A stretch of 44,722 nt of DNA from an uncultured Actinomyces sp. (GCA_964351035.1 CAYGMM010000002.1:1-44722), one strand, 5' to 3'; counted from the first letter of the stretch, positions 11,054-22,070 are shown. Notes: generated from the sequence alone by a model not told the origin. A program made the numbers and translations.

Positions 11054-11919
11054 CGATCTGGCTTGACGCGGACAGCCGCATCCTTGTGCAGGGCATGACC
11101 GGCTCGGAGGGCACCAAGCACACGCGCCGCATGGTTGCCAGCGGCGCCGAGGTGGTGGCGGGCGTGACGCCGGGCAAGGGCGGCCAGGAGGTCGATGGCA
11201 TCCCGGTCTTCGGCGACGTGCGAGAGGCCGTCGTGGCCACGGGTGCCAATGTGTCGGTGGTGTTCGTGCCGCCGCGCTTCGCGCAGGCCGCGGTCGAGGA
11301 GGCCGTTGATGCGGAGATCCCGCTGTGCGTCGTGATCACCGAGGGCATCCCGGTGCACGACACCGCGAAGTTCTTCCAGTACGCGCAGAACGCTGGTACG
11401 ACGCGGATCATCGGACCGAACTGCCCCGGCATCATCTCCCCCGGGCAGTCCAATGCGGGCATCATCCCGGCCGACATCACCGGTTCGGGGCCGATTGGAC
11501 TGGTGTCCAAGTCCGGCACGCTGACCTACCAGATGATGTACGAGTTGAACGACATCGGCTTCTCCACCGCTGTCGGCATCGGCGGTGACCCGATCATCGG
11601 CACCACGCACATCGACTGTCTCGCAGCGTTCGAGGCAGACCCCGCCACCGAGGCGATCGTGATGATCGGTGAGATCGGCGGCGACGCCGAGGAGCGAGCC
11701 GCGGCGTTCATCGCCGAGAACGTCACCAAGCCGGTCGTCGGCTACGTCGCGGGCTTTACCGCGCCCGAGGGCAAGACGATGGGGCACGCGGGCGCGATCG
11801 TGTCCGGCTCGGCCGGCACCGCCGCGGCGAAGAAGGACGCCCTCGAGGCGGTCGGGGTCAAGGTCGGTCAGACACCGAGCGAGACCGCTCGTCTCATGCG
11901 TTCGATCCTCCGCGGCTGA
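11050..11919 (+). CDS. sucD: Succinate--CoA ligase alpha subunit
   Basis: The ATG at 11050 overlaps the sucC stop. Motifs [17 protein letters not shown], and GHAGA carrying the phosphohistidine. Confidence 0.97.
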   Translation: MTIWLDADSRILVQGMTGSEGTKHTRRMVASGAEVVAGVTPGKGGQEVDGIPVFGDVREAVVATGANVSVVFVPPRFAQAAVEEAVDAEIPLCVVITEGIPVHDTAKFFQYAQNAGTTRIIGPNCPGIISPGQSNAGIIPADITGSGPIGLVSKSGTLTYQMMYELNDIGFSTAVGIGGDPIIGTTHIDCLAAFEADPATEAIVMIGEIGGDAEERAAAFIAENVTKPVVGYVAGFTAPEGKTMGHAGAIVSGSAGTAAAKKDALEAVGVKVGQTPSETARLMRSILRG

Positions 11920-11942
11920 TTGGACCAAACCCTTACCAACCT

Positions 11943-12007
11943 CCGCACCCTTGTGGGAAATGGTCGCTAACTCGGCGAAATAGCAACCACAGACCACAAG
12001 GGTGCGG
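11943..12007. repeat. Perfect 14-bp inverted repeat (CCGCACCCTTGTGG / CCACAAGGGTGCGG) with 37-nt lower-GC loop carrying a copy of the dispersed GGGAAATGGTCG motif
   Basis: Arms at 11943-11956 and 11994-12007 were verified base by base. It lies in the sucD-to-membrane-protein spacer. Confidence 0.6.
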
Positions 12008-12067
12008 CTTGAGGAATTGGGCGTGCCGTTACGCGTGTGACGCCTGTCATCCTGCGAGGCTTGACCG

Positions 12068-13261
12068 GTGAGCCTGACCGAACGCCGTCCCGACGCCGGG
12101 CGTCGTTCGCGTGACCGGGCCGACACTCCTGCCAGCCCGCCGCTGCCCCTGGTCGTGGCCGGTGCACTCGCGGGGGCTGCTGCTGCGCTGCTGAGCTACG
12201 CCGTCCTCGCCATCGTGGCCCTCGGCGCCTGGATGCTGGACCCGGCTGCGTCGTGGGAGTGGTCTCACATGCTCGAGGCCGCATCGGCCGGGTGGCTGGC
12301 GGGGCAGGGCGTGCCCCTCGTCGTCCTCGATACCCCGGTGAGCGTGCCGCCACTCGGCTTCGGTCTTCTGTGCGTGGTCGCCATCGTGGCCGCGATCCGA
12401 TGGGCCGCCGGTGCAGCGGCCGTTGCGCGCCGCGGCGAGGCCGTGGCCGTGGCGTTGAGTGCCGCGCTGCTCTACGGGCTGGGCGCGGCTGTGCTGGCCG
12501 GTCTTGGCCAGCATCTGGGTGCGGTGCCGTGGCAGGCCGGCGTCATCGCCGGATCGGTTGCCCTCGTCGTCGCCCTGGCCACGCTCATCGTTCGGGCTCG
12601 GTTGATTGAGCCCGCTGACCTGCCGCGGGGGTTCATCGACGCGCCAGCGGCCGCGCTGACCGGACTCCTCGTCCTAGTGATTGCCTCCGCGCTGGCCCTG
12701 GGCACCATGATCGTGATCCACGCGGACGAGGTCGCCCGGGTGCTCGGCGGTCTTGGGCTCGGCGCCGCTGGTGCCCTCCTCGTGCTGGCCCTCTCCGTCG
12801 GCTACCTGCCGGTGGCCCTCATGTGGACCGCGGCCTATCTCCTCGGCCCCGGTTTCGCGGTCAGTTCCACCGCGACCGTGTCAGCCTTCGGCGAGGCCGG
12901 TTCGGCGGCACTGCCTGGGCTGCCCCTCCTCGCGGCCATCCCACCCGAGCCGCCGGCGCTGGCCGTTCTGCTCCCTCTCACCGGCGTGCTGGCCGGCGCG
13001 GTGATGGGATGGCTGCTGCGTCGGCGCGATTGGACCGGCCTGCCGGGCCTGGCGGTCGGTTCGGCGGCAGCCGTCCTCATGGGCCTAGCGCTGGCCGCCG
13101 CCGCGTACGTCTGCTCCGGATCGCTCGGTACGGCGAGCCTGTCCGCACTGGGCCCCGCACCCATCTACGTTGGCGTGGCCGCACTCGGCACCAGTCTGCT
13201 GGGCAGCGCGGTCGTGGTCATCTGGCCACCGAGGCAGAGCGGGGAGGACTTCGATGGCTAG
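12068..13261 (+). CDS. Polytopic membrane protein, PerM-like (DUF6350-type)
   Basis: 397 aa, Ala/Leu/Gly-rich, with about 10 hydrophobic helices. Its position between sucCD and purNH matches my recollection of mycobacterial perM (Rv0955). The assignment rests on synteny plus topology only. Confidence 0.55.
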   Translation: MSLTERRPDAGRRSRDRADTPASPPLPLVVAGALAGAAAALLSYAVLAIVALGAWMLDPAASWEWSHMLEAASAGWLAGQGVPLVVLDTPVSVPPLGFGLLCVVAIVAAIRWAAGAAAVARRGEAVAVALSAALLYGLGAAVLAGLGQHLGAVPWQAGVIAGSVALVVALATLIVRARLIEPADLPRGFIDAPAAALTGLLVLVIASALALGTMIVIHADEVARVLGGLGLGAAGALLVLALSVGYLPVALMWTAAYLLGPGFAVSSTATVSAFGEAGSAALPGLPLLAAIPPEPPALAVLLPLTGVLAGAVMGWLLRRRDWTGLPGLAVGSAAAVLMGLALAAAAYVCSGSLGTASLSALGPAPIYVGVAALGTSLLGSAVVVIWPPRQSGEDFDG

Positions 13262-13847
13262 CACGACGCGGCCCGCCCCTGCGCGCCGTCCGCGAACCAC
13301 CCCGGCAGGTGCAGGGCGCTCGGCCTCGACACCGCACACGCTTGCTCCGATGTCGCTGCGTATCGCGGGGGCCGTCATCGACATGGCCCTGCTCGTCGTG
13401 GTGGCCGGGCTCGCGACCGCCTGGCTCGCGCAGCGCGCCACCGGCGTCGTGCAGGTGCGCGTTGATGATGCCGGGGTGACGTCCGTAAGCGCACCGCCGA
13501 GCCTGCCCATCTGGACCGGCATCGCGGTGTGGATCGTGCTCTCGGCGCTCTACACGGTGCCGCTCATGGCTCTGTGGGGCCGCACGATCGGCGGCTGGTG
13601 CGTCGGGATCCGAGCCGTCCGCGTCGAGACCGGCGGTCCGCTGGGGTGGAGTGCCTCGGCCCGACGCTGGTTCCTCCTGTACGGCGTGGCCGGTGCGGTC
13701 AGTTTCCTGCCCGTCGTCGGCGGCGTCGCGTGGCTCCTCGTGCTCATCATCGGCCTTTCACCACTCTGGGACTCCGCGCGCCGGCTGCGCGGCTATGCCG
13801 ATCACTGGTGTGGTGACGTCGTGGTGCGCGCGCCCTGGCACCGCTGA
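13254..13847 (+). CDS. RDD family membrane protein
   Basis: The ATG at 13254 overlaps the upstream stop by 8 nt. A Pro/Arg-rich N-terminus is followed by LRIAGAVIDMALLVVVAG and a WD..RR.L.GY.DH..G C-terminal pattern typical of the RDD domain. Confidence 0.7.
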   Translation: MASTTRPAPARRPRTTPAGAGRSASTPHTLAPMSLRIAGAVIDMALLVVVAGLATAWLAQRATGVVQVRVDDAGVTSVSAPPSLPIWTGIAVWIVLSALYTVPLMALWGRTIGGWCVGIRAVRVETGGPLGWSASARRWFLLYGVAGAVSFLPVVGGVAWLLVLIIGLSPLWDSARRLRGYADHWCGDVVVRAPWHR

Positions 13848-13881
13848 GGCTGGCTCCGGCGCACGTCACTAGGCTCGCAAT

Positions 13882-14478
13882 GTGACTGCTCGCATCGTCG
13901 TCCTCGTCTCCGGAAGTGGCACGACCCTGCAAGCCCTTCTCGACGCTCCCTCGTCGCACTTCGGTGTCGTCGGCGTCATCAGCGACGACGCTTCGGCCGT
14001 CGCACTGCAGCGGGCCGCTCGCCACGGGGTCTCGACCCAGGTCCTGCCCACCTCGGCGTATGACGATCGTGGCTCGTGGGATGCCGCACTGGCCGATCTG
14101 ATCGCGGCCTTCGAACCGGACTGGGTTGTCTGCGCGGGGTTCATGCGCATCCTGGGCCCCGCTGTCCTCGACCGCTTCCCCGATTGCATCATCAACACCC
14201 ATCCGGCGCTCCTGCCGTCCTTCCCGGGCGCTCACGCTGTTCAGGACGCGCTCGCCTACGGCGCCAAGGTCACCGGCTGCACTGTCCACATCGTCGACAC
14301 CGGCGTCGACACGGGCCCGGTCATCGCACAGGCGGCCGTCCCGGTGCAGGAGGGTGATGACATCGATCTCCTACACGAGCGCATCAAGCAGGTCGAACGA
14401 GGACTGCTCGTGTCGACGGTGAACTCATTGGCACAGCACGGCTGCACGATCCACGGCAGGAGGGTGACCATTCCATGA
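13882..14478 (+). CDS. purN: Phosphoribosylglycinamide formyltransferase
   Basis: [28 protein letters not shown] and VHIVD..VDTGP motifs. Confidence 0.95.
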   Translation: MTARIVVLVSGSGTTLQALLDAPSSHFGVVGVISDDASAVALQRAARHGVSTQVLPTSAYDDRGSWDAALADLIAAFEPDWVVCAGFMRILGPAVLDRFPDCIINTHPALLPSFPGAHAVQDALAYGAKVTGCTVHIVDTGVDTGPVIAQAAVPVQEGDDIDLLHERIKQVERGLLVSTVNSLAQHGCTIHGRRVTIP

Positions 14479-16064
14479 CCACCGACGAGACCGCAACGGG
14501 CGCAGATCGTCGACCGATCCGGCGAGCGCTGATCTCGGTCTATGACAAGTCCGGCCTGACCGAGCTGGCCCAGGCCCTGTCGGCGGCCGGTGTCGAGATT
14601 GTCTCGACCGGGTCGACCGCCGCGCGCATCGTGGACGCGGGGGTCGACGTGACACCGGTGTCCGACCTCACCGGCTTCCCCGAATGCCTCGATGGCCGGG
14701 TCAAGACACTGCACCCGCGCGTGCACGCCGGCCTGCTCGCCGATCTGCGCTCGGCGGATCATCGTCGGCAACTCGATGATCTCGATATCGCGCCCTTCGA
14801 GTTGGTGGTGGTCAACCTCTATCCCTTCATCGACACCGTGGCCTCGGGTGCATCGCCCGAGGAGTGCGTCGAGCAGATCGACATCGGCGGGCCGGCCATG
14901 GTTCGAGCCTCGGCCAAGAACCATGCGAATGTCGCGACGGTCGTTTCACCGGGCCACTACGACGACGTGATTGCGGCGCTGGGCGCCGGAGGTTTCACTC
15001 TCGCCGAGCGCCAACGTCTCGCAGCCGAGGCCTTCGCCCACACCGCGTCGTATGACGTCGCCGTCGCGACCTGGCTGGGCAATGTCGTGGCACCCGATCC
15101 GGATGGTGAAGGCTTCCCCTCCTGGTTGGGCCAGGCGTGGAACCGACGTGACGTGCTGCGCTACGGCGAGAACCCGCACCAGCGAGCCGCCCTCTACGCG
15201 GCGGACTTCTCCCGTCCGGGTCTCGCACGTGCCGAGCAACTCCACGGCAAGGAGATGTCCTACAACAACTACGTCGACGCCGATGCCGCTCGCCGTGCCG
15301 CCTACGACCACGTCGATCCTGCGGTCGCGATCATCAAGCACGCGAACCCATGCGGTATCGCGATCGGACGTGACATCGCCGAGGCCTACGAGAAGGCGTT
15401 CGCGACCGATCCGGTCTCGGCGTTCGGCGGTGTCGTGGCGGCCAACGGCCCGGTGACGGAGGCCATGGCACGTGAGATGGTCGACGTCTTCACCGAGGTC
15501 GTCGTCGCGCCGGACTTCGAGCCTGGTGCACTTGAACTCCTCACCGAGCGCAAGGGTCTGCGCATCCTGCGCGCTGAGCCGCGCGCGGCATCGGACTGGG
15601 TGGAGGTGCGAGCCATCGCCGGTGGTGTCCTGTTGCAGGCCGCTGATGACATCGGCGCCGACGGCGATGATCCGGGCACGTGGCGTCTGGCCTGCGGGTC
15701 GCCGGTGGATGCCGAGACGATGCGTGATCTGGCGTTCGCCTGGCGTGCCGTGCGTGCACCCAAGTCCAACGCCATCCTGCTCGCGCGCGACGGCGGCGCG
15801 GTGGGCATCGGCATGGGTCAGGTCAACCGCGTTGATGCGGCCCGACTGGCGGTGGCGCGAGCGGGTGAGGATCGCGCTCGCGGCGCGGTCGCCGCCTCTG
15901 ACGCGTTCTTCCCGTTCCCCGATGGACTCGAGGTGCTGCTCGAGGCGGGGGTTCGAGCGATTGTGCAGCCGGGCGGGTCGGTGCGCGACGACGAGGTCAT
16001 CGCGGCGGCCGAGGCGGCGGGGGCGACGATGTACCTCACCGGCACCCGGCACTTCTTCCACTGA
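14475..16064 (+). CDS. purH: Bifunctional AICAR formyltransferase / IMP cyclohydrolase
   Basis: [20 protein letters not shown], the MGS-like domain plus the AICARFT domain, and the C-terminal end [12 protein letters not shown] overlap with purN. Confidence 0.97.
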   Translation: MTTDETATGADRRPIRRALISVYDKSGLTELAQALSAAGVEIVSTGSTAARIVDAGVDVTPVSDLTGFPECLDGRVKTLHPRVHAGLLADLRSADHRRQLDDLDIAPFELVVVNLYPFIDTVASGASPEECVEQIDIGGPAMVRASAKNHANVATVVSPGHYDDVIAALGAGGFTLAERQRLAAEAFAHTASYDVAVATWLGNVVAPDPDGEGFPSWLGQAWNRRDVLRYGENPHQRAALYAADFSRPGLARAEQLHGKEMSYNNYVDADAARRAAYDHVDPAVAIIKHANPCGIAIGRDIAEAYEKAFATDPVSAFGGVVAANGPVTEAMAREMVDVFTEVVVAPDFEPGALELLTERKGLRILRAEPRAASDWVEVRAIAGGVLLQAADDIGADGDDPGTWRLACGSPVDAETMRDLAFAWRAVRAPKSNAILLARDGGAVGIGMGQVNRVDAARLAVARAGEDRARGAVAASDAFFPFPDGLEVLLEAGVRAIVQPGGSVRDDEVIAAAEAAGATMYLTGTRHFFH

Positions 16065-17041
16065 TGACCGGCGGCCTAGTTCGCGTGGGCCTGCCCGCCC
16101 TTGCTGCGATTGCGGCCGGTGCTGGGGTCGCGGTCCAGGCTCGAGTCAACGGCGAGTTGGCCGCCCGAGTTGGCAACCCGCTAGAAGCCGCAGCCGTGAG
16201 TTTCGCCGTGGGACTGGGCATCCTCAGCGTTGCGCTTACGGTGTCGCCGCGGACCCGTGGCGGGCTTCGCCGGGTAGGCACAGACCTGCGTCAACGCCGG
16301 CTCAAGTGGTGGCAGGTGGCCGGTGGTGTCCTCGGCGGGGCCTTTGTTGCCGTTCAAAGCGCCACGGTCCCCATCGTGGGCGTTGCCATTTTTGCCGTGG
16401 GCGTTGTTGCCGGCCAAGTCGTGAACAGTCTTCTAGTGGATCGGCTGGGGGTGGGGCCGGCCGGACGTCAGCCCTTCACGGTGTATCGCCTGGGGGCCGC
16501 GGTTTTGGCACTGGTCGCGGTCGTGGTCTCAGTGTGGCAATCCATCCCAAGCGGGGTCGTGCCGCCCGTCGCGCTGATCGCGACTCTTGCGGCAGGAGCG
16601 TTTATTGCGTTCCAGCAGGCGATCAACGGCCGAGTGGGCGCCGCGGCAGGCAACGTGTGGTCCGCTACCTGGCTCAACTTCGCCCTGGGATCGGTCGTTC
16701 TGGGAGCAGGCCTTGGCCTCGCTTGGGCCCTCTCCGACCTTGATCCCGTTGGACTGCCGCCGGGTCCGCTCTGGCTCTATCTGGGCGGGCTCCTCGGGGT
16801 GCTCTTCATCGCCGCCGCAGCCTGGGTCGTGCAGCGGCTGGGCGTTCTACTGTTTGCTCTGCTGTCCATAAGTGGCCAATTGGCGGCGAGCGTGCTTCTG
16901 GATCTCTTGGCCCCGGCCGCTGACGGCATCCTGACGGCGAATCTCGTTCTGGGGGTGGTGATCGCGGGCACTGCTGTGACGGTGGCGACGCTTCCACCCT
17001 GGTTCAGGTCGCGCCGCGCGTCAATACCGGCGCGCGCGTAA
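16064..17041 (+). CDS. DMT-superfamily transporter, duplicated DUF606 (YdcZ-like)
   Basis: 325 aa with 10 hydrophobic helices arranged as two similar halves (QARVNGELA / QQAINGRVG). The start overlaps the purH stop (TGATG). Confidence 0.7.
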   Translation: MTGGLVRVGLPALAAIAAGAGVAVQARVNGELAARVGNPLEAAAVSFAVGLGILSVALTVSPRTRGGLRRVGTDLRQRRLKWWQVAGGVLGGAFVAVQSATVPIVGVAIFAVGVVAGQVVNSLLVDRLGVGPAGRQPFTVYRLGAAVLALVAVVVSVWQSIPSGVVPPVALIATLAAGAFIAFQQAINGRVGAAAGNVWSATWLNFALGSVVLGAGLGLAWALSDLDPVGLPPGPLWLYLGGLLGVLFIAAAAWVVQRLGVLLFALLSISGQLAASVLLDLLAPAADGILTANLVLGVVIAGTAVTVATLPPWFRSRRASIPARA

Positions 17042-17072
17042 CTCCCTCCCGACCCCTCACTAGGGTGTGCCC

Positions 17073-17918
17073 ATGACCGCCACCATTCTCGACGGCAAGG
17101 CGACCGCCACGGCCGTGAAGCAGGTACTCGCCGACCGAGTGTCCGGGCTCGTTGCCCGCGGCATCACCCCCGGGCTCGCCACCGTTCTCGTTGGTGATGA
17201 TCCGGGCAGCCATGCCTACGTCGGAGGCAAGCATCGCGACTGCGCCGAGGTGGGCATCGCCTCAATCCGGGTCGACATGCCCGCGGACTCCACGCAGGCC
17301 GACGTCGAGTCGGCGGTGCGTGAGCTCAACGCTGATCCGGCAGTCACCGGCTTCATCGTTCAGTTGCCGCTGCCCAAGGGGCTGGACAGCAACCGGGTGC
17401 TCGAGCTCATGGATCCGCTGAAGGATGCCGACGGGCTGCACCCCATGAATCTCGGGCGGCTGGTCCTCGGGATCGAAGCACCGCTGCCGTGCACTCCGCG
17501 CGGGATCGTCGAACTTCTCCGCGCGTACGACGTCCCGATCAACGGTGCCGAGGTGTGCGTCATCGGTCGCGGGGTCACCGTGGGCCGACCGCTCGGGCTG
17601 CTCCTCACCCGCCGGCAGGAGAACGCCACCGTCACCCTGTGCCACACCGGCACGCGCGACATGTCCGAGCACATCGCCCGCGCGGACATCGTCGTCGCGG
17701 CGGCCGGCGTCCCCCACTTCATCACCCCGGACATGATCAAGCCCGGTGCTGCGCTGGTCGACGTCGGCATCACGCGGACCGACGCCGGCTTGCTCGGTGA
17801 TATCGACCCCGCCTGCTCGGAGGTGGCCGGCTGGATCGCCCCGATGCCGGGCGGTACCGGACCGATGACCCGCGCCATGCTCCTCGCCAATGTCGTCGAG
17901 GCGGCCGAGCGATCGTAG
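17073..17918 (+). CDS. folD: Bifunctional methylenetetrahydrofolate dehydrogenase / methenyl-THF cyclohydrolase
   Basis: [10 protein letters not shown]-terminus, [27 protein letters not shown] and PGGTGPMT. An alternative GTG start lies at 17067. Confidence 0.95.
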   Translation: MTATILDGKATATAVKQVLADRVSGLVARGITPGLATVLVGDDPGSHAYVGGKHRDCAEVGIASIRVDMPADSTQADVESAVRELNADPAVTGFIVQLPLPKGLDSNRVLELMDPLKDADGLHPMNLGRLVLGIEAPLPCTPRGIVELLRAYDVPINGAEVCVIGRGVTVGRPLGLLLTRRQENATVTLCHTGTRDMSEHIARADIVVAAAGVPHFITPDMIKPGAALVDVGITRTDAGLLGDIDPACSEVAGWIAPMPGGTGPMTRAMLLANVVEAAERS

Positions 17919-17945
17919 GCTGGGCAATCTCGTAGGCTGGCCAAT

Positions 17946-18254
17946 ATGAGCGGTATGGCCTCCGTACACCCGCTGCGTCCGCGGCCGCGGCGTTGGTGGC
18001 GTCAATGGCCGATTGCGCTGGTGCTCGTGGGTGTGGCGGCCTCGCTCATCGTCGTGGCCCTTGACCACTTCCGCATCGGATCGCTCATGCTGGCCGGAAG
18101 CCTGGTGCTCGCCTTCGTACTGCGATTGGTGCTGCCGTCGTCGCAGGCCGGCATGCTCGCCGTTCGCTCGCGATCTGTTGATCTTGTGGTGCTCGGGGTG
18201 CTCGCGGTCGTGCTTGCGGCCTTTGCCCTGTGGGTGCCCCCACCGCCGACGTAG
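17946..18254 (+). CDS. DUF3017-like small membrane protein
   Basis: 102 aa with an Arg-rich N-terminus and then hydrophobic helices. The placement downstream of folD is conserved in actinobacteria as I recall. Confidence 0.65.
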   Translation: MSGMASVHPLRPRPRRWWRQWPIALVLVGVAASLIVVALDHFRIGSLMLAGSLVLAFVLRLVLPSSQAGMLAVRSRSVDLVVLGVLAVVLAAFALWVPPPPT

Positions 18255-18278
18255 TCGTCGCTGGGCTCAGCCGCCGCG

Positions 18279-18395
18279 TCAGAAGTCGCCGCCGCCGAAG
18301 TCGCCGCCGCCGAAGCCCCCACCACCGCCGAAATCGCCACCTCCGCCGAATCCACCGCGGTGGAAATCCCCGCCACCGAAGTCGCCACCTCCGCC
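18279..18395. repeat. Degenerate tandem nucleotide repeat (gaagtcgccgccgcc-type units) encoding the Gly-rich tail
   Basis: Read directly. It encodes GGGGDFGGGDFHRGGFGGGGDFGGGGGFGGGDFGGGDF on the minus strand. Confidence 0.8.
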
Positions 18396-19625
18396 CGGCT
18401 GGTCGGTGAGGGGAGCGGCGTGGGCTGCAGGCGTCATGAAGGTGCTCGCAAGCAGGGTGCCGACGAAGAGCGCCGGCATCATGTCGCTCCAATTCCGGTA
18501 GTAGCCACGGGCATAGGGCGCGTAGGCCGCGCCACCCTGCCAGTACGGGACGCGCTGTCCACCAGCCTCAACCTCGCGGGCCTCGGGACGTCCGCCGGAG
18601 GCGATCGTGGCCTCGCAACCGGCGCAGACCGGGACCGGATGCTCCGCCCCGCCCTGCGGTGCCCAGTCGATATCGGCGACGCTCGGCCCGTGCCGCGGAT
18701 CCACGAAGCAGGGCGCACGATGGGCGGGCTCGGGCCGACCGTCCATGCGGGCCTCGACACAGGCCAGGGCGTAGCGGCCCTCCTCCAGCTCGCCCGTCGC
18801 CGCGGTGATGTCGGCGTCGCTGGAAGCCGTCGCCGTCGCGTCACTCGCCGCCGCGTAGGAGTCGAGCGCCTTCTGCAGGTCAGCGCGACCGGCATCGTCG
18901 AGGCGTGGGTCGGTCAGATCAAAGGAGCCGAGCCGCTCGCCAAGGTCGGTCACGTCCTCGTTCAGGACCGCGCGTACGGCATCCAAGCGCTCAGCCTGCT
19001 GCTTCTTGCCTCGACGGCGGAGGAAGTAAAAGCCCACGCCACCGAGGACGACGATCACCGCGAGCGGGATGAGGATGGGGATCCCGGAGCCGGACGACGT
19101 CGGCTCAGCGGTGGTCGAGGCACCATTGCCGGTGTTGGTGGCCGCGCTGTCGTTGTACTGCGCGTCCACGCCCTCGACGAAGGCGCGCAGGACGGCGTAG
19201 ACGCCGTTGCCACTGTTCTCGGCGAAGGCCGTGTCGGCGATCTGGCGAACCGACCCGGAGGTCGATCCTGCGCGGAAGGAGTTGCCGGCGACGATGGCGT
19301 AAACGCCGTCACGTCCCACCGACTGCTGCACGCCTTCGAGAAGCGCATCTGCTGAGCCGTACGCCGTGACGTCCTCCTCGGGGAGGATGGCGATGTAGAT
19401 GGGCAGGCCGGTTGCCGTGATCTGGCTGCGCAGGGAATCGACCTGGCCGGTGGTCAGGCTGAGTTCGGCGACCGGATCGTTGTAGACCGACTCGACGCGC
19501 AGGATGTCGGCCACGGCGTCGATGGTCGCGTCAGCGCGAGCAACGGTCGAGGGCAGCGCTGCTACGAGAGCCGTAACGAACGTGACGGCGGCGGTGAGGG
19601 CGAGAACGGCGGATCGGCGCAGCAT
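18279..19625 (-). CDS. TPM-domain-like membrane protein with Cys4 module and Gly/Asp/Phe-rich C-terminal tail
   Basis: Order of elements: signal peptide, a ~150-aa TPM-like ectodomain, a TM helix (IPILIPLAVIVVLGGVGFYFL), a cytoplasmic region with C..C..CxxC, a second hydrophobic segment, then a GGGGDFGGGDF... tail. Confidence 0.65.
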   Translation of the reverse strand: MLRRSAVLALTAAVTFVTALVAALPSTVARADATIDAVADILRVESVYNDPVAELSLTTGQVDSLRSQITATGLPIYIAILPEEDVTAYGSADALLEGVQQSVGRDGVYAIVAGNSFRAGSTSGSVRQIADTAFAENSGNGVYAVLRAFVEGVDAQYNDSAATNTGNGASTTAEPTSSGSGIPILIPLAVIVVLGGVGFYFLRRRGKKQQAERLDAVRAVLNEDVTDLGERLGSFDLTDPRLDDAGRADLQKALDSYAAASDATATASSDADITAATGELEEGRYALACVEARMDGRPEPAHRAPCFVDPRHGPSVADIDWAPQGGAEHPVPVCAGCEATIASGGRPEAREVEAGGQRVPYWQGGAAYAPYARGYYRNWSDMMPALFVGTLLASTFMTPAAHAAPLTDQPGGGGDFGGGDFHRGGFGGGGDFGGGGGFGGGDFGGGDF

Positions 19626-19657
19626 GATCCGACATTACCGTGATGTTGGCGGGGTGC

Positions 19658-21412
19658 TCAGTCCTTGATCTCACAGAGCACGGTGCCGGTGGGCACCGTG
19701 GCGCCTACCGTCGCGTCCAAGCCCGTCACGGTGCCAGCCTTGTGCGCGTTGAGGGGTTGCTCCATCTTCATCGCCTCAAGCACCACGATGAGGTCTCCGG
19801 CCTCGACCTGCTGACCCTCCTCGACCGCGACCTTCACGACGGTCCCCTGCATGGGGGCGGCCACGGCATCGCCGGAAGCACCGCCGCCTGCGCCGCGCTC
19901 GCGCTTGCGACCGGACTTGGCCGGTCCCGCGGCGGGCTTGGTCGATGCGCCGAGGCCCGCCGGCAAGGTGACGGCGAGGCGGCGACCATCGACCTCCACG
20001 GTGACCGTCTCGCGCTCAGCGGCCTGCTCGGGCGCGTCAGCGGTGCCGGCGTACGGCGGGATCGTGTTGTCGAAGCCGCTCTCGATCCAACGCGTGTGCA
20101 CGGTGAACGGTGCATCACCCTCCGGCGCGAACGCCGGATCATCGACCACCGCGCGATGGAAGGGGATCGCCGTCGCGATGCCTTCCACGACGAACTCGCG
20201 CAGGGCACGCCGGGAGCGCTCGAGAGCCTCCTTGCGATCCCTACCGGTCACGATGAGCTTGGCGAGGAGCGAGTCGAAGTTGCCTCCGATGATGTCGCCC
20301 TGCCCGAAGCCGGCGTCGACTCGTACGCCGGGGCCCGCGGGTTCGACCCACTCGGTGAGCACGCCGGGAGCCGGCAGGAAGCCACGCCCCGGGTCCTCAC
20401 CGTTGATGCGGAACTCGATGCTGTGACCGCGCAGCGCGGGATCGTCGTAGTCAATGACGCCGCCGTCGGCGATGCGGAACTGCTCGCGAACGAGGTCGAT
20501 GCCAGCGACCTCCTCGGAGACCGGATGCTCAACCTGCAGGCGGGTGTTGACCTCGAGGAAGGAGATGGTCCCGTCCTCGCCCACGAGGAACTCGCAGGTG
20601 CCAGCGTTGTAGTAGCCGGCCTCCTTGATGATCGCCTTGGACGCGCGGTAGAGGGCGTCGACCTGCTCATCGGAGAGGTAGGGTGCGGGCGCCTCCTCTA
20701 CCAGCTTTTGGTGTCGGCGCTGCAGCGAGCAATCGCGCGTGGAGACGACGACGACGTTGCCGTGCTTGTCCGCGAGGACCTGCGTCTCAACGTGACGGGG
20801 ATTGTCGAGGTAGCGCTCGACGAAGCACTCACCACGGCCGAATGCGGCGACGGCCTCACGGACGGCGGAGTCGTACAGTTCGGGAATCTCTTCGAGGGTG
20901 CGGGCGACCTTCAGCCCGCGGCCGCCACCGCCGAACGCCGCCTTGATGGCAACCGGCAGGCCGTGCTCCTTTGCGAACGCAACAACCTCATCGGCCCCGG
21001 ACACCGGATCCGGCGTACCTGGCACCTGGGGTGCACCGGCGCGCGCGGCAATGTGGCGGGCGGAGACCTTGTCGCCGAGCGAGCGGATGGCGTCGGGCGG
21101 AGGGCCGATCCAGGTCAGTCCAGCGTCGATGACGGCCTGGGCGAAGTCGGCGTTCTCGGAGAGGAAGCCGTAGCCGGGGTGCACCGCGTCGGCGCCGGAG
21201 CGCTGAGCGACGTCGAGGAGCTTCGCGATATCGAGGTAGGTCTCGGCCGCGGTCGCGCCGTCGAGGGCGTAGGCCTCGTCGGCCGTGCGGACGTGGAGGG
21301 CCTCACGATCCGGGTCGGCGTAAACCGCGACGGAGGTCAGACCCGCATCGCGGCAGGCACGGGCAACACGGACGGCGATCTCGCCCCGATTGGCGATGAG
21401 GACCTTCTCCAC
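19658..21412 (-). CDS. accA: Acetyl/propionyl-CoA carboxylase alpha subunit (biotin carboxylase + BCCP)
   Basis: The GTG at 21412 gives [20 protein letters not shown]. An ATP-grasp biotin carboxylase is followed by a C-terminal biotinyl domain with EAMKME. The ORF extension to 21721 overlaps the divergent maf gene and looks non-coding. Confidence 0.93.
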   Translation of the reverse strand: MEKVLIANRGEIAVRVARACRDAGLTSVAVYADPDREALHVRTADEAYALDGATAAETYLDIAKLLDVAQRSGADAVHPGYGFLSENADFAQAVIDAGLTWIGPPPDAIRSLGDKVSARHIAARAGAPQVPGTPDPVSGADEVVAFAKEHGLPVAIKAAFGGGGRGLKVARTLEEIPELYDSAVREAVAAFGRGECFVERYLDNPRHVETQVLADKHGNVVVVSTRDCSLQRRHQKLVEEAPAPYLSDEQVDALYRASKAIIKEAGYYNAGTCEFLVGEDGTISFLEVNTRLQVEHPVSEEVAGIDLVREQFRIADGGVIDYDDPALRGHSIEFRINGEDPGRGFLPAPGVLTEWVEPAGPGVRVDAGFGQGDIIGGNFDSLLAKLIVTGRDRKEALERSRRALREFVVEGIATAIPFHRAVVDDPAFAPEGDAPFTVHTRWIESGFDNTIPPYAGTADAPEQAAERETVTVEVDGRRLAVTLPAGLGASTKPAAGPAKSGRKRERGAGGGASGDAVAAPMQGTVVKVAVEEGQQVEAGDLIVVLEAMKMEQPLNAHKAGTVTGLDATVGATVPTGTVLCEIKD

Positions 21413-21452
21413 GCGCTGCAGTCTAGGGACCGCGACCTGGCAGGGTGTGGGC

Positions 21453-22070
21453 ATGCCCCAACTGAGCTTCGTGCTGGCCTCCGCGTCGCCCTCGCGCCGT
21501 CGACTCCTCGAGCAGGCCGGTGTGCGTCCGGTGATCCTCGTGAGCGGCGTTGATGAGGAAGCGATCGAGGACGCCATGGTGCATCGGCCGGTTCCCGAGG
21601 TGGCACTCGCTCTGGCCCGGGCCAAGGCCGAGGCCGTGGCGGCCGGTCCCGATGTCTCGCCCGGTGCCCTGGTGCTCGGCTGCGACTCGATCTTCGAGGT
21701 GGACGGCGTTCGACTGGGCAAGCCCCCGACGGCGGAGGAGGCCCTGCGCCGGTGGCAGATGATGCGTGGGCGTGCCGGACACCTGCATAGCGGTCACTGG
21801 CTGATCGACACCGCGTCGGGTGGTGCGGCGGGTGAGGCGGTGACCACCACGGTGCACATGGTCGATGCGCCGGATGAGGAGATCGCGGCCTACATCGCAA
21901 CCGGTGAGCCACTCAAGGTCGCCGGTGGTTTCACCCTGGATGATCTCGGGGCGCCGTTCGTTGCCGGCATTGAGGGTGACCCTGGCAACGTCATCGGTGT
22001 TTCGCTTCCCGCGGTTCGACGCCTGGCCGGTGAACTCGGCCACTCCTGGCCGGAGGTCGTCGGCTGGTAG
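21453..22070 (+). CDS. maf: Maf-like nucleoside triphosphate pyrophosphatase
   Basis: The start at 21453 gives [19 protein letters not shown], followed by the LGCDS and GKP motifs. Confidence 0.9.
   Translation: MPQLSFVLASASPSRRRLLEQAGVRPVILVSGVDEEAIEDAMVHRPVPEVALALARAKAEAVAAGPDVSPGALVLGCDSIFEVDGVRLGKPPTAEEALRRWQMMRGRAGHLHSGHWLIDTASGGAAGEAVTTTVHMVDAPDEEIAAYIATGEPLKVAGGFTLDDLGAPFVAGIEGDPGNVIGVSLPAVRRLAGELGHSWPEVVGW

Noticed and set aside
18013-18501. Pro/Ser/Lys-rich plus-strand ORF (…KSPPPKSPPPKPPPPPKSPPPP…).
   Set aside because: It is the antisense reading of the Gly-rich tail repeat of the TPM-like gene and overlaps DUF3017. It is a low-complexity artefact.
19640-21553. 637-aa ORF on the plus strand, the longest unassigned ORF.
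   Set aside because: It is fully antisense to the biotin carboxylase/BCCP gene and has no recognisable domain. It is a codon-position GC shadow of the real gene.
21413-21721. Upstream extension of the accA ORF (the 687-aa version).
   Set aside because: The canonical biotin carboxylase N-terminus (V/M)[12 protein letters not shown] begins at the GTG at 21412. The extension overlaps the divergent maf gene and is Ser/Thr/Arg-rich junk.
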